DNA of 63,520 nt, filler included, from Octopus bimaculoides (GCF_001194135.2; 3 parts of 3 records of this genome joined end to end with filler, not necessarily neighbours in it); one strand, 5' to 3'. Positions 1 through 11,128 are shown, counted from the whole stretch's first letter. Notes: generated by a model from the letters alone, not told the origin. A program made the numbers and translations.

Positions 1-25
1 TATATATATATATATATATATATAT

Positions 26-218
26 GTAGGAGAATATACAAAAAATAACAACAGACGAGGACAGGTGGTGTAAATAACAAAAGTATATATTAGTATGACG
101 CTCGGGCATACGGAAAGTCTTTGACGTTTCGAGCTACGCTCTTCAACAGAAAGAATACGGAGACAAGGAGAAAAACACGGAGAAAAAAAATTGAATAGTG
201 TTCAGTCAACGGTCAATC
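26..218 (-). mobile_element. Penelope-like element terminal (pseudo-LTR) fragment carrying a hammerhead-like motif
   Basis: Minus strand reads ...TCTCCGTGTTTTTCTCCTTGTCTCCGTATTCTTT-CTGTTGAAGAGCGTAGCTCGAAACGTCAAAGAC...ATACTAATATATACTTTTGTTATTTACACCACCTGTCCTCGTCTGTTG. A homologous copy lies at 36606-36712 (+). Minimal type I hammerheads with GAAACGU are a known feature of PLE terminal repeats. Confidence 0.6.
118..154 (-). ncRNA. Minimal type I hammerhead ribozyme-like motif (atypical core CUGUUGA)
   Basis: UCUUU-CUGUUGA-A-GAGC(GUA)GCUC-GAAAC-GUC-AAAGA. It has a 5-bp stem I (UCUUU/AAAGA), a 4-bp stem II, the GAAA core, a palindromic ACGU in place of stem III and a GUC cleavage triplet. Deviations are A6->U and one extra A before stem II. 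Confidence 0.55.
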
Positions 219-220
219 AT

Positions 221-316
221 ATGTATTTATGTATCTGTGTTTGTCCCCCCACCATCACTTGACAGCTAATGTTGGTGTGTTTACGTCCACGTAAACTAGC
301 GGTTCGGCAAAAGAGA
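221..316 (+). mobile_element. SINE family A, 3' half fragment
   Basis: TGTTTGTCCCCCCACCATCACTTGACAGCTAATGTTGGTGTGTTTACGTCCACGTAAACTAGCGGTTCGGCAAAAGAGA matches the segment after the internal microsatellite in the fuller copies at 11128, 18308 and 19427. Confidence 0.85.
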
Positions 317-934
317 TGTTTTGTTGTCACTTTTTTGTATCACCTAACTGTCTGGATGTTTCGCGTTCTTGTCCCATTTTGTATTTTATATATATATAGC
401 GGCGTACGTACACTTTGGTCTCTTATATGTAAGTATATATTTATCTAAATTTTGTACGACCCTATTATTTCTTTCTATCAGCCCTTTCACGCTTATTCGT
501 TCATTCCACTCTTCGTTCTTTCGTCCCCCCTCTCTCATATTTCCCTGCCTTCTCTTCTTGCTCAATTTCCCTCCTCTTTTCACTTCACTGTGTCCCTGTC
601 ATTTTTTCTTGCCCCACCTTAATTCTTCTGTCCCTCTGCATCTACCGCTCTTCTCTTCCCACGTGACCGGTGTTCGGCCAAGCCTAATCTTTCTTTCTTG
701 GTTCAGCTGTCGTCCGTGCAACATCTATATTCTTCCCTATGCCTGTGAAATCTTGTATACCTGCCGTAAGGCCTTAGTTCCACACACGCCAGCTTATTTT
801 AATTCGTCCTTAGTCGAAAAACACCTGTTGTTATGTCCTATTATTTGTATTTATTTAACATTCTCCGTTTTTTCCGTCCTTGTTTTCTTTGTATTGTCTG
901 TCTGGATGTTTTACGTTATTGCCCCATTTTGTAT

Positions 935-941
<7 letters not shown>
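316..941 (+). mobile_element. Penelope-like terminal-repeat derivative with ~45-bp direct repeats
   Basis: CTGTCTGGATGTTT..CGTT.TTG.CCCATTTTGTATT occurs at 348-392 and 898-941. Bases 860-895 resemble the sequence just 5' of the hammerhead in the 26-218 copy. Confidence 0.45.

Positions 942-989
<48 letters not shown>
941..989. repeat. (TAA)n microsatellite running into an assembly gap
   Basis: Directly visible. Confidence 0.95.
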
Positions 990-1884
990 NNNNNNNNNNN
1001 NNNNNNNNNNNNNNNNNNNNNNNNNNNNNNNNNNNNNNNNNNNNNNNNNNNNNNNNNNNNNNNNNNNNNNNNNNNNNNNNNNNNNNNNNNNNNNNNNNNN
1101 NNNNNNNNNNNNNNNNNNNNNNNNNNNNNNNNNNNNNNNNNNNNNNNNNNNNNNNNNNNNNNNNNNNNNNNNNNNNNNNNNNNNNNNNNNNNNNNNNNNN
1201 NNNNNNNNNNNNNNNNNNNNNNNNNNNNNNNNNNNNNNNNNNNNNNNNNNNNNNNNNNNNNNNNNNNNNNNNNNNNNNNNNNNNNNNNNNNNNNNNNNNN
1301 NNNNNNNNNNNNNNNNNNNNNNNNNNNNNNNNNNNNNNNNNNNNNNNNNNNNNNNNNNNNNNNNNNNNNNNNNNNNNNNNNNNNNNNNNNNNNNNNNNNN
1401 NNNNNNNNNNNNNNNNNNNNNNNNNNNNNNNNNNNNNNNNNNNNNNNNNNNNNNNNNNNNNNNNNNNNNNNNNNNNNNNNNNNNNNNNNNNNNNNNNNNN
1501 NNNNNNNNNNNNNNNNNNNNNNNNNNNNNNNNNNNNNNNNNNNNNNNNNNNNNNNNNNNNNNNNNNNNNNNNNNNNNNNNNNNNNNNNNNNNNNNNNNNN
1601 NNNNNNNNNNNNNNNNNNNNNNNNNNNNNNNNNNNNNNNNNNNNNNNNNNNNNNNNNNNNNNNNNNNNNNNNNNNNNNNNNNNNNNNNNNNNNNNNNNNN
1701 NNNNNNNNNNNNNNNNNNNNNNNNNNNNNNNNNNNNNNNNNNNNNNNNNNNNNNNNNNNNNNNNNNNNNNNNNNNNNNNNNNNNNNNNNNNNNNNNNNNN
1801 NNNNNNNNNNNNNNNNNNNNNNNNNNNNNNNNNNNNNNNNNNNNNNNNNNNNNNNNNNNNNNNNNNNNNNNNNNNNNNNNNNNN

Positions 1885-2189
1885 GAGTGTTTATTGAGCG
1901 AAAACACCTAAAGCTCCACGAGGCTCCGGCAGGGGATGGCGGCGAACCCTGCTGTACTCTTCCACCACAACTTTCTCTCACTCTTACTTCCTGTTTCTGT
2001 TGTGCCTGTAATTCAAAAGGGCCAGCCTTGTCACACTGTGTCACGCTGAATATCCCCGAGAACTACGTTAAGGGTACATGTGTCTGTGGAGTGCTCAGCC
2101 ACTTGCACGTTAATTTCACGAGCAGGCTGTTCCGTTGATTGGATCAACTGGAACCCTCGACGTCGTAAGTGACGGAGTGCCAACAACAA
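1885..2189 (+). mobile_element. SINE family D body and 3' tail (head lost in gap); possibly Ceph-SINE related
   Basis: About 300 bp, GC-richer than its flanks, with several hairpins (GTTCCGTTGAT..ATCAACTGGAAC; CAGCC..GGCTG). It ends GACGGAGTGCC followed by a (CAA)n tail. Family assignment is from recall only. Confidence 0.65.
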
Positions 2190-2448
2190 TATTGAAGAAA
2201 CTTGCTCAGAAGAAATAAGTGATGGGGGACGTTTTTCAGGAAACACCCGATTACTGAAATGAACTTCTCAATTATACATCAGGTTGCCGAAGCAGAAACT
2301 TCTTTTCTTTCGTTCATATTTTGTCGCCACCTGGTGGACACGAACGGTGAAAGTGTTGGCCACTTTTTGGATTTGAACTCAAGAAAATAGGAAGAAGACA
2401 CATTTTATTATTTCTGTGAACAGTTTGCCATGAAAAGATTATTAACTG

Positions 2449-2450
<2 letters not shown>

Positions 2451-2483
<33 letters not shown>

Positions 2484-2715
2484 TTTTTCATAAATTACGG
2501 CAACATCAACATCATGATCATCAGTGCGCTGTCATCGATGTCATCTTCGTCGTCGTCATTATCATCACGATCGTTATCACCGTTATTGTCTTCGTTATCG
2601 TCGTCATCATCATCATCATCATCATCATCACCACCATTATCATTGTCATGATTACCGTCGTCGTCGTCATCGTCGTCACCGTCATCGTCATCGTCATCAT
2701 CATCATCACTATCGC

Positions 2716-2758
<43 letters not shown>

Positions 2759-2942
2759 GTCGTCGTCGTCGTCGTCGTCGTCATCATCATCATCATCATC
2801 ATCATCATCACCACCACCACCACCACCACCATCATCGTCATCATCACCATCATCATTGTCATCATTACCGTCGTCGTCGTCCTCGTCGTCGCCGTCGTCG
2901 TGATCATCATCATCGTCATCGTCATCATCATCATCACTATCG

Positions 2943-2973
<31 letters not shown>

Positions 2974-2995
2974 TGTCATCGTTGTTGTCATCTCT
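2451..2995. repeat. (TTTA)n followed by a compound CAT/CGT/CAC trinucleotide array
   Basis: Directly visible. It produces the poly-D/H/I/S/M ORFs in the track. Confidence 0.95.
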
Positions 2996-4146
2996 TGGCT
3001 GTAAGTCGAATAATTTTTTTTTTTTTTTAACAACAAATGACAAAATTGTTAAAACTGCTACGAAGCGAAAAAATAACCCAAAGAAAAAAAAATATATATA
3101 TAAACAGAAACAAAAAATAAAAGAAACAAACGAAATAGAAAAAAAAACAATGAAAAACAAATAAACGACAANNNNNNNNNNNNNNNNNNNNNNNNNNNNN
3201 NNNNNNNNNNNNNNNNNNNNNNNNNNNNNNNNNNNNNNNNNNNNNNNNNNNNNNNNNNNNNNNNNNNNNNNNNNNNNNNNNNNNNNNNNNNNNNNNNNNN
3301 NNNNNNNNNNNNNNNNNNNNNNNNNNNNNNNNNNNNNNNNNNNNNNNNNNNNNNNNNNNNNNNNNNNNNNNNNNNNNNNNNNNNNNNNNNNNNNNNNNNN
3401 NNNNNNNNNNNNNNNNNNNNNNNNNNNNNNNNNNNNNNNNNNNNNNNNNNNNNNNNNNNNNNNNNNNNNNNNNNNNNNNNNNNNNNNNNNNNNNNNNNNN
3501 NNNNNNNNNNNNNNNNNNNNNNNNNNNNNNNNNNNNNNNNNNNNNNNNNNNNNNNNNNNNNNNNNNNNNNNNNNNNNNNNNNNNNNNNNNNNNNNNNNNN
3601 NNNNNNNNNNNNNNNNNNNNNNNNNNNNNNNNNNNNNNNNNNNNNNNNNNNNNNNNNNNNNNNNNNNNNNNNNNNNNNNNNNNNNNNNNNNNNNNNNNNN
3701 NNNNNNNNNNNNNNNNNNNNNNNNNNNNNNNNNNNNNNNNNNNNNNNNNNNNNNNNNNNNNNNNNNNNNNNNNNNNNNNNNNNNNNNNNNNNNNNNNNNN
3801 NNNNNNNNNNNNNNNNNNNNNNNNNNNNNNNNNNNNNNNNNNNNNNNNNNNNNNNNNNNNNNNNNNNNNNNNNNNNNNNNNNNNNNNNNNNNNNNNNNNN
3901 NNNNNNNNNNNNNNNNNNNNNNNNNNNNNNNNNNNNNNNNNNNNNNNNNNNNNNNNNNNNNNNNNNNNNNNNNNNNNNNNNNNNNNNNNNNTATATATAT
4001 ATATATATATGTATATACATACATACACACGTTGTATGGTGTAGATTACACGAACACATACATGAACACAAGCACACACACGTGTATACACATGCAGGAA
4101 AAAAAAGTATAATAGAACAAACGCAGGAAAAAATAAAGGATATGGA

Positions 4147-4178
<32 letters not shown>

Positions 4179-5230
4179 AGGAAAGAAAAATATCCCTTCA
4201 AAAAAAGATAAAAGTTCTCTCGGAAAATATGCATGACAATGAACATTGTTGCTTGTTGTTATTGTTTGTTGTTTGATGATGTTGATGTGGTTGTTTATTG
4301 TAATAACTACAGCAGTTGGTGGTGAAGACATTGCTGGATAGAAAAAGAAAAACAAAAACAACGAAACAAACGGAAACAAATAAGGCGATGACAACAACGG
4401 CCATGATGATGGCGAGTTCGGTGACGACGATGGTGATGATGGTGATGATGATGATGATGATGAAAGTGAAGAAGGAGAGGAGGAGGAGGAGGATCAAGGT
4501 GGGAAGTGACCGATGATGGCGATGCAGATGATGGTAATGAGAATATTATTAATGCCGCTGCTGCTGCTGCTACTACTACTACTACTACTACTACTACTCC
4601 TTTTCCTCCTCCTCCTTTTCCTCCTCCTCCTTTTCCTCCTCCTCTTTTTCCTCCTCCTCCTTTTCCTCCNNNNNNNNNNNNNNNNNNNNNNNNNNNNNNN
4701 NNNNNNNNNNNNNNNNNNNNNNNNNNNNNNNNNNNNNNNNNNNNNNNNNNNNNNNNNNNNNNNNNNNNNNNNNNNNNNNNNNNNNNNNNNNNNNNNNNNN
4801 NNNNNNNNNNNNNNNNNNNNNNNNNNNNNNNNNNNNNNNNNNNNNNNNNNNNNNNNNNNNNNNNNNNNNNNNNNNNNNNNNNNNNNNNNACCATCGCCAC
4901 CACTACCATCGCCACCACTACCATCGCCACTATCTTTGGTATCATTGTTGACTGATAAGAAACATGATTTAGAAAAAAAAGGTGAAGAAAAGGAAGAAAT
5001 TGAAGAAGAAGAAGAAGAAGAAGAAGAAGAAGAAGAAGAAGAAGAAGAAGAAGAAGAAAAAGAAGAAGAGCAACGAAACAGTAACGATAGGAGATGAGTC
5101 GGAGAACTAAAAAAAAAAAAAAAGAACGCTGCTACTGCTGCTGTTGTTTATGATGACGAAGATGATGATGATGATGAAAATGAAGAGCAGAAGGAAGAGA
5201 AACAAGAAGAAGAAGAAGACGGAAAGAAAA
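4147..5230. repeat. Cluster of simple repeats: (GAAA)n, (GAT)n, (CTG/CTA)n, 15-mer TTTTCCTCCTCCTCC, 15-mer ACCATCGCCACCACT, (GAA)n
   Basis: Directly visible, with a gap at 4670-4889. Confidence 0.9.
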
Positions 5231-5733
5231 GAGCTACAACAAGAAGAACAACGACAATAAAGATAGCCACAACGTCGCCGACAACGTCGAAAACTTAGAT
5301 TTGGTTATGAAATGAAAGTAAAACAGCTTAGAAACCAAAATAAAGATAAAGGTTAAATGATAGAATTAGTAAGATTTTAATTTAATCTCGAAATGAACAA
5401 AGACATATTCTTTCCAAAGTTTTTGTCTTATTTGAATGTTCGTTTGTGTTTTTGATTTTGTTGTTATCTTAATTATTATTATTTTGGATTGTTTTTATAT
5501 TATTTGTAAATTTCATAATTTTTTTTTTTTTTTGGTTTTAGTTTCATTTTGTTTTGTTATTTTTTTTCTTTCTTTCTTTCTTTCTTTCTTCAATTTTTAT
5601 TTTCGGAAAAACTAAAAATCAAACACCGATATCACCCCGCATCTGTCATGAATATTTATACCTTTTGTTTTTAAAATACATGATTTGTTTGCCTGGGTCT
5701 GAAGAAGAGGAAGAACAAGAAGAAGAAGGCGAA

Positions 5734-5779
<46 letters not shown>

Positions 5780-6190
5780 NNNNNNNNNNNNNNNNNNNNN
5801 NNNNNNNNNNNNNNNNNNNNNNNNNNNNNNNNNNNNNNNNNNNNNNNNNNNNNNNNNNNNNNNNNNNNNNNNNNNNNNNNNNNNNNNNNNNNNNNNNNNN
5901 NNNNNNNNNNNNNNNNNNNNNNNNNNNNNNNNNNNNNNNNNNNNNNNNNNNNNNNNNNNNNNNNNNNNNNNNNNNNNNNNNNNNNNNNNNNNNNNNNNNN
6001 NNNNNNNNNNNNNNNNNNNNNNNNNNNNNNNNNNNNNNNNNNNNNNNNNNNNNNNNNNNNNNNNNNNNNNNNNNNNNNNNNNNNNNNNNNNNNNNNNNNN
6101 NNNNNNNNNNNNNNNNNNNNNNNNNNNNNNNNNNNNNNNNNNNNNNNNNNNNNNNNNNNNNTATATATATATATATACATACATATACAT

Positions 6191-6227
<37 letters not shown>

Positions 6228-6473
6228 CACACATACACACACACATATATATATATATATACTGTATGTATATATGTATGTATGTATGTAGCAGTGAAAT
6301 CGAGAGTTAGATTGTAAGCTTGAGAAATAGAAATTGCGTGTAAAAAGAAATATATTATCTCCGTCACTGTCTCTGTATCTGTGTATGTGTGTGTGTGTAT
6401 GTGTGTATATATGTCTCCCTGTGTGTGTGTGTGTGTGTGTTTCCTTTTATTATTTTATTGTATTCTTTTATAG

Positions 6474-6620
6474 GTCATTTGATTGCGGCCATGCTGGAGC
6501 ACCGCCTTTAGTCGAGCAAATCGACCCCAGGACTTTATTGTTTGTAAGCCTGGTCTCTTTTGCCGAACCGCTAAGTTACGGGGACGTAAACACATGAGCA
6601 TCGGTTGTCAAGCGATGTTA
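6474..6620 (-). mobile_element. SINE family A, 3' half only
   Basis: GTCATTTGATTGCGGCCATGCTGGAGCACCGCCTTTAGTCGAGCAAATCGACCCCAGGAC...TCAAGCGATGTT. It stops at the (CA)n tract, beyond which LINE sequence begins. Confidence 0.9.
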
Positions 6621-6650
6621 TGGACACACACACACACACACATATACACA

Positions 6651-7290
6651 CTAGACGCGTTTAGTTTCCAGTATCCGGGGCCCTATCTGCGGATCTTATC
6701 TATCTAGGTCGACCGTGCAGGTCACAAATTTGTGGTATGTGTAGCCGACGACTTTGAATGGTGGATAACCTATGCTACTTCTATCTACTGCCCTACAGAA
6801 TATCCTAAATACGATCTGGAAGACCCGGTGCAGTTTGCCCATGACTACACTGGCGCATTCGGGAAGTCCAGTCGGCACCTGTCAGCCAACTGGAAACGAC
6901 TGAGCAGATTTGTGAGGCTTTTAAACCTCACTCTCCTATTGGCTATCCCACCCTATCCATGTGTTGCATCCAAAATGGCGTTCCAATCGCCCACTAGAAC
7001 TAAAGAGAGAGATGTCCCAAGTAAAACCGCCAAACGTCTGAAGAACTCTGGCTGCCCCACCTCAGTTGGGGCGTACACAGCAACTAATCTGAAAGACCAC
7101 CTTTGCTATTGCTTACATTCAGGACCACCAAATTACCTTCCGGGTTCAGGAAGAGCGTACCTCTAGATCCAGGTTTTTCCTAAACAGCACTTCCAACCCC
7201 ACCATTCCAGGCCGACTAAGATCTCGAAATTGTCAATAACGGGGACTAGATCACGTTTGTCGGAAATCCTGGTTTCGCTGAATGACTAAG
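6651..7290 (-). mobile_element. L1/Tx1-clade LINE ORF2 AP-endonuclease fragment (degenerate)
   Basis: Minus-strand translation gives SETRI, FRLVAVYAPT (AVYAPT at 7064-7081), LVLVGDWNAILD (GDWNAILD at 6968-6991), SSRSYL/RIFCRAVDR, GYTYHKFVTC (SDH-like) and GPGYWKLNAS (6653-6683). These are the conserved APE motifs in the correct order, with stops and frameshifts. Confidence 0.85.
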
Positions 7291-7292
7291 GT

Positions 7293-9640
7293 AGTCAAGC
7301 AAATGGAAGTCTCCAGGAAAGGATAAAATTCCTAACAGCCATGAACTGCTGACAAAACTTTACAACAATGTCTTGCAACGATCCAGTGTAATTCCCTCTT
7401 GGCTAGTTAATGGTGTAACATTCCTACTTCCAAAAAACATGAAGAAACAAATGAATCAAAAAATTATAGTCCCATAACCTGCTTAACAACAATGTATAAA
7501 ATTCTAAAATCAGTCTTGACTGAATATACTTATAGTTCTGTAATAGAAAGTGGCATATTCCCTAATGAGCAAAAAGGATGTAAACGTGGGTCCTATGGTT
7601 GTAAAGATCAGCTACTCATCAATAAGATGGTCTTGGAAGTTTGCCTCAAACGACACAAACACTTGTCGATAACCTGGATAGACTATAAAAGAGCTTTTGA
7701 TAGTCAACCACATAACTGGATTAAGAAATGTCTGGAAATGTTTAAAATAGCGCCTACTTTGCGAAACTTCTTGTCTGTAAGTATGAGATCATGGAGAACC
7801 ACACTGACTTTGAACAGTGACAATGAATCTCTTAATGCTGGAGATGTAAGAATTTCATGTGGCATTTTCCATGGTGTCTCTATCACCACTCCTCTTTTGT
7901 CTAGCGTTAATACCTCTCTCGAAATTGCTCAGTGATGTACAATACGGTTATAAAATATTTGATAAAAATATAAACTATCTCATTTATCTGGATGATTTAA
8001 AGCTCTTTGTCAAAAATGACCAACAACTACAGAGTTTAGTAGTGATTGTTAAACAATTCAGTGATGACATCAGGATGCAATTTGGTCTCGATAAATGTTC
8101 AAAAGCTGCCTTTATCAAAGGAAAAATGACAGAAACATCCGATGTTAATCTTGACCATCAGAATGCCATAAAGGAATTAGAACCAGCGGAGAGCTACAAA
8201 TACCTACGGGTATTTGAAGGGGACAGAATCAAACATTTAGTGATGAAGGAAGGGGTCAGAAGAGAATGTTATCGCAGAGTAAGGGCAATACTCAAGAGAG
8301 AGCTGAATGCAGAAAACAGGATCGAAGCGATCAATACTTTAGCCATACCAGTCGTGACTTACAGTTTCAATATCATTAAGTGGTCAATTACTGAAGTATG
8401 TAATCTTGACAGAAAAATACGAAAATTGTTGACAATGCATAGAATACACCACCCTGAGGCAGATACAGAACGACATTACTTTCCAAGAAAAGAGGGTAGC
8501 CGTGGACTTTTACAATTGGAATTAACAATGAAGATTGCCACAACTGGCCTAGACACCTAACTGAAAATCTCTGATGACTGGATGTTAAAATTTGTCTCAA
8601 AGCATTAAAACAAGAAAACATCATACTCAGTAACAAAACAGGCAAAGGAATATCTAAGTGAATCCCAAATACAGCAAATTCCAGAATTAGGCGTACTAGA
8701 AACGAGCACAGAAAAAGCTAAGCGTATGAAAACCCGTGCTAAAACTGCTGCCTTAGATATTCTTACTGATAAATGGCAAGAAAAAAAAACATCTCAAAGG
8801 CAAATACTCAAAGAGAGCTAATAGTGCCGATGTTGACAAAGCTATTACCCATCAATGGTTAGTGTCTTCTGGCTTAAAATCAGAAACAGGAAGGATTATA
8901 GCAGTCCAAGACCAATGCCTACCTACAAGAAACTATCAGGCCAGCATATTAAAGAATGGCAGTAGCCCAACATGTCGTGTATGTCAAACAACAAAATGAA
9001 ACCATTGATCATGTTATCTCTGTGTGCAGTCTTCTTGCCCCTACAGAATATCTCAACAGACATGATACAGCAGCACAATATATTCACTGGGTAATTTGCA
9101 AAACTGGTGGGAACTCAAACCACCTCCAGTGCTTGAAAATGATCACATCTCACTCCTCTGGAACTTCACCATTCAAACTGACAAAAAGATAGATGCGAAT
9201 CTATATTGAAAGATTTCAGACAAAAATCATGCCTCCTAATGTGTAAAGATTTTGAAATAGAAATTGACAAAATATGAAACGTCAAGACTAAAACAATGCC
9301 TGTTGTTATAGATGCCCTAGGAATGATAGCAAAAGGTGCTGATTGCTACCTAGCTTAGATACCAGGAAACCCCCAAATGACAGAAATTTAAATGAGAGTG
9401 CTTATGGGAACTGCCCATATCCTACGTAAAATACTGCCTATGTAATCTCAAATTCAAAAAACAAACCCATAATTTTCTTATGTTCTCTTTAGCATTCTCT
9501 AGAACAATACTATGTGCAAAACTAAGTATATGATACCCTAGGCATAGCACCAGCATGAACTTCTAACTTGTCTCATGAGGTCTATGGGTGAGACTTGGAG
9601 CTAGCTCGTACAAATACAAAGGAAAAGTCAAGCATATATT
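7293..9640 (+). mobile_element. R4/Dong-clade non-LTR retrotransposon, 5'-truncated and inactivated
   Basis: KWKSPGKDKIPN, EQKGCKRGSYGCKDQLLINK, WIDYKRAFDSQPH, GIFHG.SLSPLLF, YLDDLKLF, FGLDKC, GLKSET, CRVC..ETIDHVISVC (CCHC), LNRHD, a degenerate REL region and MGTAHILRKIL* (stop 9443-9445). A ~195-bp 3' UTR abuts (AAT)n. Multiple frameshifts and stops. Confidence 0.92.
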
Positions 9641-9729
9641 AATAATAATAATAACAATAACAACAACAGCAGCAACAACAACAACAACAACCACAACAAT
9701 AACAATAATAATAATAATAATAATAATAA
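9640..9729. repeat. (AAT/AAC)n array at the R4 3' end
   Basis: Directly visible. Confidence 0.95.
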
Positions 9730-10219
9730 GTGACTCTCATGTTTTGTCTTGGTATAAAAGATGGGCTACAGCAAATATTCTGTTAATACCACAGATTTGC
9801 TTGTCAGTTGTTTGACCTTAACCAGTTGAGCATGTCTCTTTGTCGCTGACAATATGTGGATCTCTGATCACGAGCAAAAGTAGTGGGGAAACATCAGAAC
9901 CATGTGTTGAGAGGAATTCTTTGGGGTTTGAATAATTCACCTCTGGAAACATGGGTGTTTCGTTCAACATCCTTAAACAACCCTTATTCAGGGACCTTTA
10001 CAGTAGGACGGGCTACTCGATATGATGAAAATTCTAACTGGGTCCCACCTGCAAGGTCAGGTGCTGTTAATCTTGATATGAGATCACCATGTCGTGCATA
10101 TATGGTTGTGATGCATGTGCCTGGGATACCCTTATCAAACAGTTAGTCATGATGGATATACTGGGCTTCGTATATTTTACACCGGTGTCACTTTGATAGC
10201 AAGCACTGCTCTCTTACTC
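9730..10219. mobile_element. ~490-bp non-coding interspersed element bounded by (AAT)n on both sides
   Basis: Complex-sequence island between two TAA arrays with no convincing ORF. It contains a CACCTG/CAGGTG hairpin near 10046-10063. I recall similar sequence as an octopus repeat; not verified. Confidence 0.5.
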
Positions 10220-10293
<74 letters not shown>

Positions 10294-10330
10294 CGACGAC
10301 GACGACGATAATAATAATAATAATAATAAT
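10220..10330. repeat. Compound (AAT)(GAT)(GAC)(AAT) microsatellite
   Basis: Directly visible. Confidence 0.95.
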
Positions 10331-10489
10331 TAGGAAGTAGTGACAAATCTCATTCGCCATGCATATATATATCTACATACACATATATTTACATTTTTTT
10401 GTATACTTATACACATACATTTATATATATATATATATTTATACATACGCATATACATACATATATGCACACACACACGTATATACTCA

Positions 10490-10604
<115 letters not shown>

Positions 10605-11096
10605 GGAAACTACTGTTTTAACTTTCCCCGCCAAAACTATTTTGTTTAATTAATTACTCTGGTGTATTTAGTCGAACACATCTGCTGTTATATCGATTAC
10701 AAAGAAATATGACAGTTTAGAACATATCAGCAAATATAGGAAATACACAATTTCGTCTTCTTTGAACATAAATCACGATATATATACTGTATAGACAGAT
10801 TGCCTATTTATATAATTATTGTCATGAAGGCTTCGGGGCTGTTTTTGAGATCGGCCATTTTGTTTTGTTCTTTTTTTGCGCGCGTTAGTCTTTTGCTTTT
10901 CCTTTCACTCCTATTATATCCGCATGTGTAACGTGGATGTTACAAGATTTATCGTGCAAGGAAGCTAGTGGTAACTGATTTGCACCATCGCTGCAAAACT
11001 GACGCATAACGTGGTTTTTTGCTTGTATATTTTTTTGGATCAAAATATCAAAATATGTTTATTAGCTGACTGACAAAATAATACATACACACACAT

Positions 11097-11127
<31 letters not shown>

Positions 11128-11128
<1 letters not shown>

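Noticed and set aside
369-2138. 589-aa and other long ORFs spanning N runs (also 14625-15770, 33222-35609, 39123-40364, 61587-62606)
   Set aside because: Their length comes from gaps translated as X and from microsatellites. There are no protein motifs in the called parts.
2495-3036. Poly-Asp/His/Ile/Met ORFs
   Set aside because: All frames are open because of the CAT/CGT trinucleotide array. There is no evidence of coding.
6732-7166. 144-aa plus-strand ORF that looked like a possible R4 N-terminus
   Set aside because: It is the antisense shadow of the Tx1-type endonuclease on the minus strand.
7200-7300. HDV-like ribozyme expected at an R4 5' end
   Set aside because: The element is truncated inside the RT region. 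No HDV fold was found by eye here, in 9730-10219, or in the family D SINE.
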